This document shows positions 37,615 through 47,395 of a DNA stretch of 64,000 nucleotides, piece after piece (position 1 is the first letter of the stretch; every line of letters starts with the position of its first letter). Under the pieces are notes generated by a model. It made no database searches and was not told the origin of the DNA. It saw only the letters and a program-made list of their open reading frames with translations. This DNA is from Terriglobia bacterium. GTDB lineage: Bacteria > Acidobacteriota > Terriglobia > JAJPHL01 > JAPKYU01. Position numbers and translations under genes: made by a program. The stretch covers positions 96,001 to 160,000 of the forward strand of contig CBDBKE010000002.1 in the NCBI GenBank assembly GCA_965206645.1. The letters run 5' to 3'.

Positions 37615-39060
37615 TTAGCTCAGAATCTCGCGGATCACGCGGCCGTGCACATCCGTGAGGCTGACATCGCGGCCGCCGAAACGGTAGATGAGTCGCTCGT
37701 GATCAAGACCGAGTAAGTGAAGGATGGTGGCATGCGCGTCCTGGACGGCCGTGATTTTCTCGACCGCGTGCATCCCGGTCTCATCAGTGGCGCCATGGAT
37801 GACGCCTCCCTTGACGCCGCCACCTGCCATCCAGATTGTGAAGCCGGTCTCGTGGTGGTCGCGGCCATGGCCGTTGCCAGTATGAGGAGTGCGCCCGAAC
37901 TCGGTTGCCCAGACGACCAGCGTCTCCTGCAGCATGCCTCTCGCCTTCAGATCCTTCAGCAGTGCCGCCACGCTCTGATCGGTCATGAGAGCATTGCCCT
38001 CATGCCCTTTCTTCAGTTCACTGTGCTGATCCCACGTCCCGTTGTTACCGCCATAAGCTTCAGGGCAGGTGATTTCCACAAAGCGGACGCCGGCTTCGAT
38101 GAGCCTGCGGGCCCGAAGGCACTGCAACCCGTAGAATCGCTTATTCTTGTCTGAAGCGTCGAGTCCGTAGAGGCGCCTGGTCGCCTCGCTCTCTTTGTCG
38201 AGGTTCAGAACATCGGGAACGAGCGACTGCATCCGGTAGGCCAGCTCGTAATTTCGGATGGCGGAATCGATGGCGTCATCGGAGCCGATGGAAGCAAGGA
38301 ACTGGCGATCCTGCTGGCGCACGGCATCCAGCTTGGTCCGTTGCACCTTGGGTTCCTTGTCAGCCGGCTCCAGGTTTTCGACCGGTGTGCCCTCGGCCTG
38401 CATGGGCATCGCCTGGTACGAAGCAGGCAAGAAGCCATTGGAGAAGTTCTCGAGTCCTCCAGGGGGAACCGCGCCCCCGTGCAGCAAAACGTAGCCGGGG
38501 AGGTTCTCGTTCTCGCTTCCCAACGCATAGCTGACCCAAGAGCCAAGGCTTGGATACCCACCTACAGTGCGCCCGGTGTGCATGAGCAGATTGCCACGAG
38601 GATGGAGGGGGAAGCCCGAGACCATGGAGCGGATGATGGCGAGATCATCGACGCAGGTGGCAAGGTGGGGAAACAAATCGCTGACGGGGATCCCGGCCTG
38701 GCCATACTGACTGAATTTCCAGGGGCTCTTCATCCACTTGCGATCCGTCTCCCTCTTGGCTCCAGGCTGGAAGACGCCGTCGAACAGCTTCCCGTCCAGT
38801 TCCGCCAGCTTCGGCTTGGGATCGAACGTGTCGACATGCGAGACCGCGCCAGGCATGTACAAGAAGACGATGTTTTTGGCCTTGGGCGCGAAGTGTGGCC
38901 CCTTGTGATTGGCGAGACCCGCATAGGTCTCGTCAGCCATCAGGGCCGACAGCGCCAGCATGCCGAATCCGTTCGAGGCGACTTTCAGGGCGTCCCTGCG
39001 CGTGAGTGGAGTTCGGAGGCATCCGGGGCACCCGCTATGGTTGTTCTTCTTCTTAGCCAT
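37615..39060 (-). CDS. DUF1501 protein
   Basis: TRRDAL Tat motif, SHVDTFDPKP, WDQH, TEFGRTP, GRDHH. Confidence 0.92.
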   Translation of the reverse strand: MAKKKNNHSGCPGCLRTPLTRRDALKVASNGFGMLALSALMADETYAGLANHKGPHFAPKAKNIVFLYMPGAVSHVDTFDPKPKLAELDGKLFDGVFQPGAKRETDRKWMKSPWKFSQYGQAGIPVSDLFPHLATCVDDLAIIRSMVSGFPLHPRGNLLMHTGRTVGGYPSLGSWVSYALGSENENLPGYVLLHGGAVPPGGLENFSNGFLPASYQAMPMQAEGTPVENLEPADKEPKVQRTKLDAVRQQDRQFLASIGSDDAIDSAIRNYELAYRMQSLVPDVLNLDKESEATRRLYGLDASDKNKRFYGLQCLRARRLIEAGVRFVEITCPEAYGGNNGTWDQHSELKKGHEGNALMTDQSVAALLKDLKARGMLQETLVVWATEFGRTPHTGNGHGRDHHETGFTIWMAGGGVKGGVIHGATDETGMHAVEKITAVQDAHATILHLLGLDHERLIYRFGGRDVSLTDVHGRVIREILS

Positions 39061-39077
39061 TGCGGCTCCTGCCTTAT

Positions 39078-42000
39078 CTACCGAGTATACAGGAATTCCT
39101 TCAAGTTAAATACTGTATGAGCCACGTCCTTCCAGACGTCCCGGTTCTCAAGCACCTTATCTTCCTCCACTTTACGTTGGCTTGCCAGCTCTTTGGCCAG
39201 CTCACGAAATCTCTCGGCTTCAGCAGCGTCCGGAAGTCGGCATAACGCGGTGCGAAACATTGCCTCGATGCGTCCTTCGATGGATGCGGTCTGGACCAGG
39301 AGGCGGTCCGCCCAGACACCCGCCTGGTCGACCACGAAGGGATCGTTCATCAGCGCAAGGGCCTGTGGTGGGACGTTGGTCACGTCGCGGGTCCCTCGCG
39401 TTACCGTGGGATTGGGAAAGTCGAAAATTTCAAGGAAACGCGCGCCCTCGTGGCGGGTCACTTTCAAGTAAATGCTGCGCCGGCCATTGCCATCGAGAGG
39501 ACCCTGGTGGAGTTTGCGGTAGTCTTTGGGCTGCTCGCGGTGGGGGTGAGTGCTCGGCCCATAGAGGGTGCGGTCGAGGCGACTTGAAACGGTGAGGATG
39601 GCGTCCCGGATGGATTCTGCTTCGAGGCGGCGTACCGGGTAGCGGGACAGCAGCCGGTTTAACGGATCCGCGACCATTGCTTCTGGAGAGTACCGGCTCG
39701 ATTGCCGAAAGCTCTTGGAAAGCACGAGGAAGCGGATCAGCTTCTTGACGGACCAGCCGTCGCGGACGAAGCGCACCGCCAAATCATCGAGCAGTTCGGG
39801 GTGCGATGGAGGCTCACCGTAAGTGCCGAAGTTGTCTGCTGTCGTTACGATCCCGCGCCCGAAGAGATGCTGCCAGATGCGGTTGACCAAGACGCGCGCC
39901 GTCAGAGGATTGTCAGGGCTGGCGATGAGTTCGGCCAGTTCACGCCGGCCGCTGCCAAACACCTTAAACCCGCCATTGGAGTTGCTGATGAGCTGAAGAA
40001 AGCCGCGCGCCACAGGCTTCCCAGGATGGCTGGCATCGCCACCGGGCAATACCGGAAAGTCGTACCCGGCGCCGAGGTCCGCCATGCCATGAAAGACGCG
40101 CGGCGGCGCAATGCGGGACTCGACGGCGCGGTACTCATCGATCAGAGTGCGGATCTGCGGGCTGAGGCCTTTCGAATTGGTAAGGAGTCGGTTTTGCAGC
40201 AGCCAGTTGATCCACTGGGCATCCTCGTCAGAGGCTTGGCCCTCGACCCATGCCGACAGCGCCTGGCGCGCGACGGCAGCGTAGCGCTGGGCGAGCGCGG
40301 CGAGGTCTGCCGGAGCCTCGCTCGCGAAGAACTGCTTCATATGGGTGAGTTCGTCCTTCGGCGTCTCGTCGACCTCATGCAGGACGGCGCCGGTGATGCC
40401 GAAGTAGGAGAACGGCGAGGCCACTTGCTCCGCCGAGGCCTTTAAGCGCTTGGGACGATCCGGGATGCGTGGGTTGTCCGGCTTGGTGACGAGCTCGATG
40501 TAGAAAGGTAGGGCTTTCTGCTCGTTGCGATTCGCGATCTTAACCCAACCTAGAGAATCCTGGTCCAGAACTTCGTAGGCCTCGCTGAGCATGCAATTGT
40601 CGAGGATGGTGCGGCGTGCGCCGAGCTTGCCACCTACGACCCGAATGCTCACGAACTTTTTGTCTTTGGGAACGAAGGGTGAGCGGAGAGCACCATTCAG
40701 ACGCTCCGAGAGCGCGTGCGTATAGACGCCGGCGGGGAAGACGCCGGTGACCGCTTTCGGCCCGCTGCTGGCCACGGCGAATTCGCCGCTCGGCGACAGA
40801 CCATCGGTCAACACGTTTCCATCAGCGTGCCAGCCTCCAAATCCACCGAGCCCGCCTCCAAATCCACCGAGATGGAAATCGCCGAAAGGCTGGAAGCTCT
40901 CGCGATTGAAAGAGGCGCGCGCGCGGCCCTCTTCAACGTAGCGAGCGGCCAGCTTCTGCCACTCGGCGAAGGGGTTGTCGGCCGTTGACTGCGCCACCTG
41001 AATCCAGGGATAGAGGGGGTCTTCCATCCCTGGCTTGGGTTTTTCAAGCAGACTTAGCCAGGCCTGAATCCTGTCCAGCGACAGCTCGCTGAGGTCCTCC
41101 ACTTCCGGGGGAAGGCCCTTCCATGCCCTGTGGGCGGCCAGCAGGTAGCGGGGCACCATTTCGGTTTCGAGGATCCACCGCCGGGCCAGCTCGGCGCGAA
41201 TGCTCGGCTTCATCTCCCGCAACCGCTGCTTGAGGGCGGTATGGACTTCGGGCAGGTCGGCCGTTCGCGTCACCAGACGCGAGCTGGTCAGCACTCCGTA
41301 AAGCGCATAGTAGTCGGTGGTGGGGATTGGGTCGAGCTTATGGTCATGGCAGCGCGCGCACGCGATGGTGAGTCCCTGGAACGCCTTGCCCAAAGTGTCG
41401 ATCTGATTGTCGACGACGTCCGTTCGGACCTCCCGGAAGGCCGTGCAGTCATCGTGGCCTTGCTCGCCAAGACGGAAGAAAGCCGTGCCGATCTCTGATT
41501 CGTTGATCCCTTCTTCTCGGTTGACACGCGGATTTTCGAGCAGGTCACCGGCGAAATGCTCACGGATGAACTGGTCGTAAGGGAGATCCTGGTTGAATGC
41601 CCGAATCAGGTAGTCGCGGTAAATCCATGCGCCGTGCAGTTCGTAGTTCCAGTCGTTGCCAAGGGTTTCGGCGAACCGCATTACATCCATCCAGTGACGG
41701 GCCCAGTGTTCGCCGAAATGAGGCGACGCCAGCAGGCGGTCGACCAGCCTCTGGTAGGCACCGGGAGACTGGTCGCGCTCGAACAGATCGACCTCTAGGG
41801 GAGAAGGAGGGAGCCCTGTTAAAACGAAACTCAAGCGCCGGATGAGCGTCCTCCGGTCGGCCGGTGGGGAAGGTTTTAGCCCTGCCTTTTCTAGTGCCGC
41901 CAGGATGAAGCGGTCTGCCGAATGGTCGGACCAATCGGACCAAGAGGTGTCCTTGACGAGCGGCGGCTTCGGTTCGCGCACCGGCTGAAAGGCCCAGTGC

Positions 42001-42497
42001 TCGTTTGCGATCTGTTCATAGAAACCGGGATCGCCAGGTCCCAACGTGCCTTTAGCCACTTCCTCAGGCCAGGGAGCGCCCAGGTTGATCCATTTCTCGA
42101 TGGCTGCAATCTCTTCGTCCGTGAGCTTGCTGCCGCCCATCGGCATCTTGAGGCCCTCGTGGCGAATGGCCTTTACCAGCAAGCTGTCCGCGGCACGGCC
42201 GGCGACAATCGCGGGGCCCTTATTTCCACCCTTCAAAATGTGGTCGCGGGAATCGAGCCGGAGTGACGAAAACTGCTGTGAGTCTCCGTGGCATGAGAAG
42301 CAGTGCTTCGCAAGGACAGGGCGAACCTGCTTCTCAAATAACTCGCCGGACTGGGTGTCGGGCTTCCTATCTTCGGCCCCCGCGACGGGGGTGTTACGAG
42401 CGACGAGGGGAAACAGAAGGAGCGCCAGCGCGGCCGTGATCCACGAAGAACTACGGACCTTGGAGCGAAGGGGTGCGCGTCTCCAAAACAGCAACAT
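39078..42497 (-). CDS. PSD1 / planctomycete cytochrome c domain protein (DUF1549/DUF1553)
   Basis: CFSCHG, FGEHWARHWMD, CARCHDHKLDP, PSHPELLDDLA. Confidence 0.92.
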   Translation of the reverse strand: MLLFWRRAPLRSKVRSSSWITAALALLLFPLVARNTPVAGAEDRKPDTQSGELFEKQVRPVLAKHCFSCHGDSQQFSSLRLDSRDHILKGGNKGPAIVAGRAADSLLVKAIRHEGLKMPMGGSKLTDEEIAAIEKWINLGAPWPEEVAKGTLGPGDPGFYEQIANEHWAFQPVREPKPPLVKDTSWSDWSDHSADRFILAALEKAGLKPSPPADRRTLIRRLSFVLTGLPPSPLEVDLFERDQSPGAYQRLVDRLLASPHFGEHWARHWMDVMRFAETLGNDWNYELHGAWIYRDYLIRAFNQDLPYDQFIREHFAGDLLENPRVNREEGINESEIGTAFFRLGEQGHDDCTAFREVRTDVVDNQIDTLGKAFQGLTIACARCHDHKLDPIPTTDYYALYGVLTSSRLVTRTADLPEVHTALKQRLREMKPSIRAELARRWILETEMVPRYLLAAHRAWKGLPPEVEDLSELSLDRIQAWLSLLEKPKPGMEDPLYPWIQVAQSTADNPFAEWQKLAARYVEEGRARASFNRESFQPFGDFHLGGFGGGLGGFGGWHADGNVLTDGLSPSGEFAVASSGPKAVTGVFPAGVYTHALSERLNGALRSPFVPKDKKFVSIRVVGGKLGARRTILDNCMLSEAYEVLDQDSLGWVKIANRNEQKALPFYIELVTKPDNPRIPDRPKRLKASAEQVASPFSYFGITGAVLHEVDETPKDELTHMKQFFASEAPADLAALAQRYAAVARQALSAWVEGQASDEDAQWINWLLQNRLLTNSKGLSPQIRTLIDEYRAVESRIAPPRVFHGMADLGAGYDFPVLPGGDASHPGKPVARGFLQLISNSNGGFKVFGSGRRELAELIASPDNPLTARVLVNRIWQHLFGRGIVTTADNFGTYGEPPSHPELLDDLAVRFVRDGWSVKKLIRFLVLSKSFRQSSRYSPEAMVADPLNRLLSRYPVRRLEAESIRDAILTVSSRLDRTLYGPSTHPHREQPKDYRKLHQGPLDGNGRRSIYLKVTRHEGARFLEIFDFPNPTVTRGTRDVTNVPPQALALMNDPFVVDQAGVWADRLLVQTASIEGRIEAMFRTALCRLPDAAEAERFRELAKELASQRKVEEDKVLENRDVWKDVAHTVFNLKEFLYTR

Positions 42498-42620
42498 ACT
42501 GACTGTCCATCATATCACCCGACGATAGCAGCCTCAACCAAGCGGGAATCGAAATCAGGTTCATCCCCAATTAGCGTACGGGCGAGGCTCATCAGCAAAG
42601 CGCTGAACCGTTACGGACAT

Positions 42621-43733
42621 TCACCGTTTTTTGCGCTTCTTCCAAGCCCGGCCGATCGCATCCGCAGCCAGAATCCCATCTGTCACCATGTCAGGACTGA
42701 CGTCGAATGGTTCATTGTGGATCGTTTCTCCTTTTGCCGTAGCGCGGGCTGCGACCTGTTCGAGCATGTCCAGTGGCACGTCCCTCAGTCCAACCTCCGC
42801 CAGGGTGATGGGTAGACTGACACTAGTAGAGAAACTGAGCACTTCTTCTATCAGCTTTTGAGGCTTGCCTTCCATGACCAGCTGCACCAGGGTTCCGAAA
42901 GCAACTTTTTCGCCGTGGAAAAAAGGGTGGGTTGCAAGAGCTACTGTCAACCCATTGTGGATGGCGTGCGCCGCTGCCAGGCCCGACGACTCAAAGCCCA
43001 ACCCTGAAAGCAAAGTGTTGGCTTCAACCAATCGTTCAAGAGCCGGAGTGACGGCTTGGGTTTCGACAGCAAGCTTGGCATCCGTGCCGTCGTTTAGTAA
43101 AGTGCGATAGCAAAGTTCGGCTAGAGCCAGAGCGCTCTGAGTCGATCCACCACCCCGCATGTTCTTGACAGATCCCTCTACGCAGGTCCTGGCCTCAAAC
43201 ATCGTTGCCAGGGCATCACCCATTCCAGCTACGAGGAGCCGGACCGGACTTCGCGCAATCACCGCGGTATCGACTAGAACCAAATCGGGATTCCTACGAT
43301 AGAAGCGATACTGGTGAAAGACTCCCTCTTCGCTGTAAATCACAGACAATGCACTGCAGGGAGCGTCACTCGAGGCAATCGTGGGGCAGTTGACCACCGG
43401 CAAGCCTAAGTCGGCAGCCGCGGCTCGGCCGGTATCGAGTGCTTTTCCTCCTCCAGCAGCAATGATGACGCGTCCATTCATTCTTCTTGCCGAATCCTTA
43501 ACTCGCTCGATTTCGGCAAGAGAGCATTCTCCCCCGAACTGGTGTATCTCAAAGGGGATACCTGCATCGCCCAAGGTCTTGCGCCACGTCTCCAACAGCA
43601 TTCTGACGGCCGTTTTGCCGGCTAAGATCAGGGCTGGACCATCGAGACCAAGAGCACCCATTTCCTGACCAAGCACCTGCGTAGCGTTCTTTCCCTGCGT
43701 GTAACGACTAGGGCACGAAAACACGGATAACAT
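42621..43733 (-). CDS. gldA: Glycerol dehydrogenase
   Basis: PSRYTQG, GGGKALD, PTIASSDAPCSALSVIY, SGLGFESSGLAAAHAIHNGLT, HGEKVAFG. Confidence 0.93.
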   Translation of the reverse strand: MLSVFSCPSRYTQGKNATQVLGQEMGALGLDGPALILAGKTAVRMLLETWRKTLGDAGIPFEIHQFGGECSLAEIERVKDSARRMNGRVIIAAGGGKALDTGRAAAADLGLPVVNCPTIASSDAPCSALSVIYSEEGVFHQYRFYRRNPDLVLVDTAVIARSPVRLLVAGMGDALATMFEARTCVEGSVKNMRGGGSTQSALALAELCYRTLLNDGTDAKLAVETQAVTPALERLVEANTLLSGLGFESSGLAAAHAIHNGLTVALATHPFFHGEKVAFGTLVQLVMEGKPQKLIEEVLSFSTSVSLPITLAEVGLRDVPLDMLEQVAARATAKGETIHNEPFDVSPDMVTDGILAADAIGRAWKKRKKR

Positions 43734-43816
43734 GAATCCTCCTCACGACAGCTACTGAGAATGTCTGGCCGAGCATCCCGCATAGATCGCACCTCGTCAG
43801 AATCGTATAACAACTC

Positions 43817-45889
43817 TTGGAAGACCTATCTTGTATAATCCATCTGCAGAAGATGCCAAGGGAACAATTGGTCGGCCGTGTAAAAACCGCAGTTGGCTAC
43901 CGGCTTGGGTTGACAGCCAGTCTAGCCGCACAAGATAGGCGTCAACCTTGGTGTTGCTTGCAATGGTGGTGCTTACGATGTGGAGTACTTGTGTGGTGGA
44001 TTTTCTTGGTGGTTGGAGGAGGTCTGCCCGCCTTTGCATCTGGGACTTCGCTGTCTAGTTCTGGGGCCCAGATTTATCGTGACCACTGCGCACGCTGTCA
44101 TGGAAGGAATGGCGAGGGAAGCGGCTCTGTATCGGGCCTAAGAGATACGACCCTCTCACGCACTGACGTGATCTCGGTGGTGAGCGACGGAATCCCCGAG
44201 ACAACGATGCTCGGCTGGAAGGGTCGGCTCAGCGATCTGGAAATTAAAAGCGTGGTCGATTTCATGTTCTTGATCATCCGCACTTCACGAGCGGAGACAG
44301 ATGAAGCGGCGGATTGGACCCATCACCATCGCAGCTTGTCGGCCCATCGCTATGTGCCACTCGATCAGATAAATCGTGAAAATATCCAAAAGCTTCGCGT
44401 AGCGTGGGCTTTCTCGCTTGGTGTGCAAGGAGGTCTGGAAGGGACGCCGGCGATCGAAGACGGTTTCATGTATGTCACCTCTGGCTGGGGGGAAGTCTTC
44501 AAACTGGACCTTCGAAACGAGGGCAGGCTCGTGTGGCGGTTTGATCCCAAGGTTCCCCGGGACGTGGTGCGCGTAGTCTGCTGCGGTATTAACAACCGTG
44601 GAGTGGCTATCGCAGGGGAAACAATTATCGAGAACACGCTCGACGGTCGGACGATCGCGATCGACAAGCAAACGGGAAAGAAGGTGTGGGAGACACGTCT
44701 CGCCCGTCCGGAAAAGGGGGAATCCTCTACGGCGGCTCCCTTAGTCGCCAAAGGAAAGGTTTTCACCGGCGTTGCCGGGGGCGAGTATGGGATCCGCGGC
44801 TGGATTGCGGCCCTCGACCTAAAAACCGGCGATCTAGTGTGGAAAATTTACACGATCCCGGGTCCGGGAGAAGCCGGGCACGAAACCTGGGCCGGAGACT
44901 CATGGAAGACAGGGGGAGGGCCAACCTGGATTACCGGATCCTACGATCGCGAGCTTGAGACTCTTTACTGGGGCGTGGGAAACCCAGGTCCGGACTGGGA
45001 TCCCTCCTATCGGGCAGGCGACAACCTCTACACGAGCTCGGTTTTGGCCCTTAACCCTGAGACCGGAAAGATCAAGTGGCACTACCAGTACACACCGGCA
45101 GACGCCTGGGACTATGACGGCAATAACGAGAGCATCTTGCTGGACGTTGAGATCCGCGGCCAAAAACGCCGCGCCCTGATTCACGCCGACCGAAACGGAT
45201 TCTTCTACGCCCTCGATCGAACCACCGGGCAGTTTATCTACGCCGTCCAGTTCGTAGACAAGCTCACCTGGACCTCGGGCCTGGATCCTAGGACGGGTCG
45301 ACCCCTCGACCGGAATCTAAAAACGGTGCCAAGCAAGGATAACCCGAGAGCGTCCACCTGCCCCGGGAATATGGGCGGGAAGAACTGGCCTCCAATGTCC
45401 TATAGTCCGAATGAAAGGCTCGCTTTCATCCCCGTCATCGAAAGCTGTAACGTGCTTGTTCATAAGCCGCAGGACTACAAGCCTGCTGAGCTCTTTGTGG
45501 GCGGAGGACTGGACAACACGCAAAACGAGATCACCGGGAGTCTGACGGCATTCGATGTAGCGAGGGGTGAAATTCGGTGGAAGACGCGCACTTCATCTCC
45601 GCTTCTCGGAGGCACGCTTGCCACTGCGGGAGGGCTCGTTTTTACAGGCGATCCTAGTGGGCGTTTCTCAGCCTATGACAGCTCCACAGGCGACGAACTC
45701 TGGCACTTTCAGACGGGAACCGGCATCAACGCCCCACCTGTCAGCTTCGCCGTGGATGGGCGACAGCAGGTCGCAATCTTGGCGGGCACGGGAGGCGCCT
45801 GGCCTCTCTGGTTCATGGACTCAACACCGTGGCTCCGCGACGTCCGGCCGGGTGCCATGCTCTACGTCTTCGATCTGGAGGGTGAGTGA
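43817..45889 (+). CDS. PQQ-dependent alcohol dehydrogenase with N-terminal cytochrome c domain
   Basis: CARCHG, vicinal CC (VVCCGINNRG), GGEYGIRG, WGVGNPGP, WDYDGNNE, GGKNWPP; true start probably about 43958-43991. Confidence 0.88.
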   Translation: MEDLSCIIHLQKMPREQLVGRVKTAVGYRLGLTASLAAQDRRQPWCCLQWWCLRCGVLVWWIFLVVGGGLPAFASGTSLSSSGAQIYRDHCARCHGRNGEGSGSVSGLRDTTLSRTDVISVVSDGIPETTMLGWKGRLSDLEIKSVVDFMFLIIRTSRAETDEAADWTHHHRSLSAHRYVPLDQINRENIQKLRVAWAFSLGVQGGLEGTPAIEDGFMYVTSGWGEVFKLDLRNEGRLVWRFDPKVPRDVVRVVCCGINNRGVAIAGETIIENTLDGRTIAIDKQTGKKVWETRLARPEKGESSTAAPLVAKGKVFTGVAGGEYGIRGWIAALDLKTGDLVWKIYTIPGPGEAGHETWAGDSWKTGGGPTWITGSYDRELETLYWGVGNPGPDWDPSYRAGDNLYTSSVLALNPETGKIKWHYQYTPADAWDYDGNNESILLDVEIRGQKRRALIHADRNGFFYALDRTTGQFIYAVQFVDKLTWTSGLDPRTGRPLDRNLKTVPSKDNPRASTCPGNMGGKNWPPMSYSPNERLAFIPVIESCNVLVHKPQDYKPAELFVGGGLDNTQNEITGSLTAFDVARGEIRWKTRTSSPLLGGTLATAGGLVFTGDPSGRFSAYDSSTGDELWHFQTGTGINAPPVSFAVDGRQQVAILAGTGGAWPLWFMDSTPWLRDVRPGAMLYVFDLEGE

Positions 45890-45965
45890 ACCAAGCGGTC
45901 TCACACCCATTCTGGAAAGTGTGAGTCGAGACCTCGACACGCAAGCCGGCGTAGAGGAACAACAC

Positions 45966-46023
45966 GGCAAGATCGAAGCTCTGTTCTCCGAGCTCAAGCG
46001 GCGCTCAGGCCCGCGGCGGCGCC
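45966..46023 (+). pseudogene. Possible tiny DDE transposase (IS1182-like) remnant
   Basis: KIEALFSELKRR resembles the KVExxFxxLK catalytic-Glu helix; too short for certainty. Confidence 0.3.
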
Positions 46024-46422
46024 TTTTCGTTGTCACCCAAATACCTCCCAATAGTAGCTGCCCAGGATGAGATAGCGCTCCCGATTGGTGGTGGTATCCG
46101 ACAGGTCGAAGTGATACAGCTGGCGGCCGATGCCCCGAATCTGTGTGGGCTAACACAACAGGGTTACGGCACAATCTACGTCCCACTTTTTCCTCTTGCT
46201 CGTCCGAATTTAGGCTTTCGCCAATGGGGCGGGTCTTGCTCCTAAATAGGAAGTCAGGCCCGACAGAGGATTGAAAAGTTGAAAACCTCTGCGAGTAGGG
46301 GGACGTGCGCTTGGTTGCCTACCAGCCTAAACGGCTTCACCATGTGCGTGTACCTCGATCCAAAGGATGGTGGCATTGTAGGGAACCGATAGTAGGGCCT
46401 CAATAGATCGGAAGCTACATTT

Positions 46423-46742
46423 TTGACGCAGTACGAAATTCCTACCGGAGACCGTGGGACTAGTACTGTCGCCAAGCGGATGTGGAGCGAGTCCGAGTCC
46501 ATGTTTCCACTGAAGCCGCCCGCCACATGGTTCCCGGAAGCCTGCCAGCAGGCGAACGTTCTCAACTTCACCTGGCACTGCTTTCGTCACACCTTTGCCA
46601 ACGGGCTTGTCATGGCGGGAGTCGATCTGCGGACCGTGCAGGAACTGAGGGCCACAAGAGCATCTTGACCACGATGCGGTATGCACACCTAACCCCTGGC
46701 CATCAGGTCGCAGCCGTTGAGCTTCTGGGCGGCCCCAACTGA
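46423..46742 (+). pseudogene. Tyrosine integrase C-terminal remnant
   Basis: WHCFRHTF...AGVDLRTVQEL, 1-bp frameshift, then GHKSILTTMRYAHL; ends about 80 bp from the tRNA 3' end. Confidence 0.85.
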
Positions 46743-46819
46743 CACCCTTGCTGACACCAGGGCTTTTGAGTTTACTGGTGATGAATTGGCTGTTGCGGTG
46801 TAAACAGTTTGTAGTGAAG

Positions 46820-46905
46820 TGCCCGGGGCGGGAGTCGAACCCGCACGGCCCTTTGGGGCCAAGGGATTTTAAGTCCCTTGCGTCTGCCAGTTCCGCCACC
46901 CAGGC
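46820..46905 (-). tRNA. tRNA-Leu (TAA)
   Basis: GCCTGGGTGGCGGAACTGGCAGACGC, anticodon arm AGGGA-CTTAAAA-TCCCT, long variable arm, GGTTCGACTCC; CCA not encoded. Confidence 0.95.
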
Positions 46906-46923
46906 GTGTTGAACACAATGAAG

Positions 46924-47320
46924 TTAGCTGACATGGCGTTCGGATTCGCCTTCGGGTGTGGGGAATTTTGTGGGGACTAGTTGCACTTTTGTACCTTCTG
47001 GCAGTCTTCTAACAGCCTTTTCGTTCATAGATTCCAGCCGCTCGAAGACCCGCTCCAGGGATTCGGGCGAAGGGTGCACGTACCGCTGGGAAACGGTCAC
47101 GCTGGAATGTCCCATCAGTCGCTTAATCTCAAAAGCGTCAGCCCCAGCCTCGCCCATGCGAGTTCCGAAGGTGTGCCTGAGAGAGTGTACCACGAAGTCT
47201 TTGCCCAGCTTCAAGACCCCCCGAGTCCGGGCATGCTGATCGTCTAACGTAAAGTTCGCGAGTGGGCGTAGCCATCTTCGCTAGTGAATACCCAAGGTGT
47301 TGCCCGCCCACATTCTAGCC
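46924..47320 (-). pseudogene. Tyrosine integrase C-terminal remnant
   Basis: PWVFTSEDG, frameshift, then RPLANFTLDDQH...VVHSLRHTFGTR...LMGHSSVTVSQRYVH; upstream limit approximate. Confidence 0.85.
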
Positions 47321-47395
47321 GATGAGACGGCTCGCAAATCGCTTCCGCAAAGAAGCCCTGACTCTTTCCAAACTGAACCACGCGCCACTCCCATT

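Noticed and set aside
46327-46899. 190-aa ORF starting in tRNA-Leu, and ORFs over tRNA-Arg (20595-21074)
   Set aside because: Spurious translations of tRNA and antisense integrase sequence.
47242-47248. GTCTAAC/GTTAGAC integron core-like heptamer
   Set aside because: Lies within the coding frame of the integrase remnant (TLDD) and has no partner arm.
46423-47320. Integrase remnants as the missing integron integrase
   Set aside because: They are phage/island-type C-termini tied to a tRNA, show no IntI-specific insertion and are 2-3 kb from the cassette.
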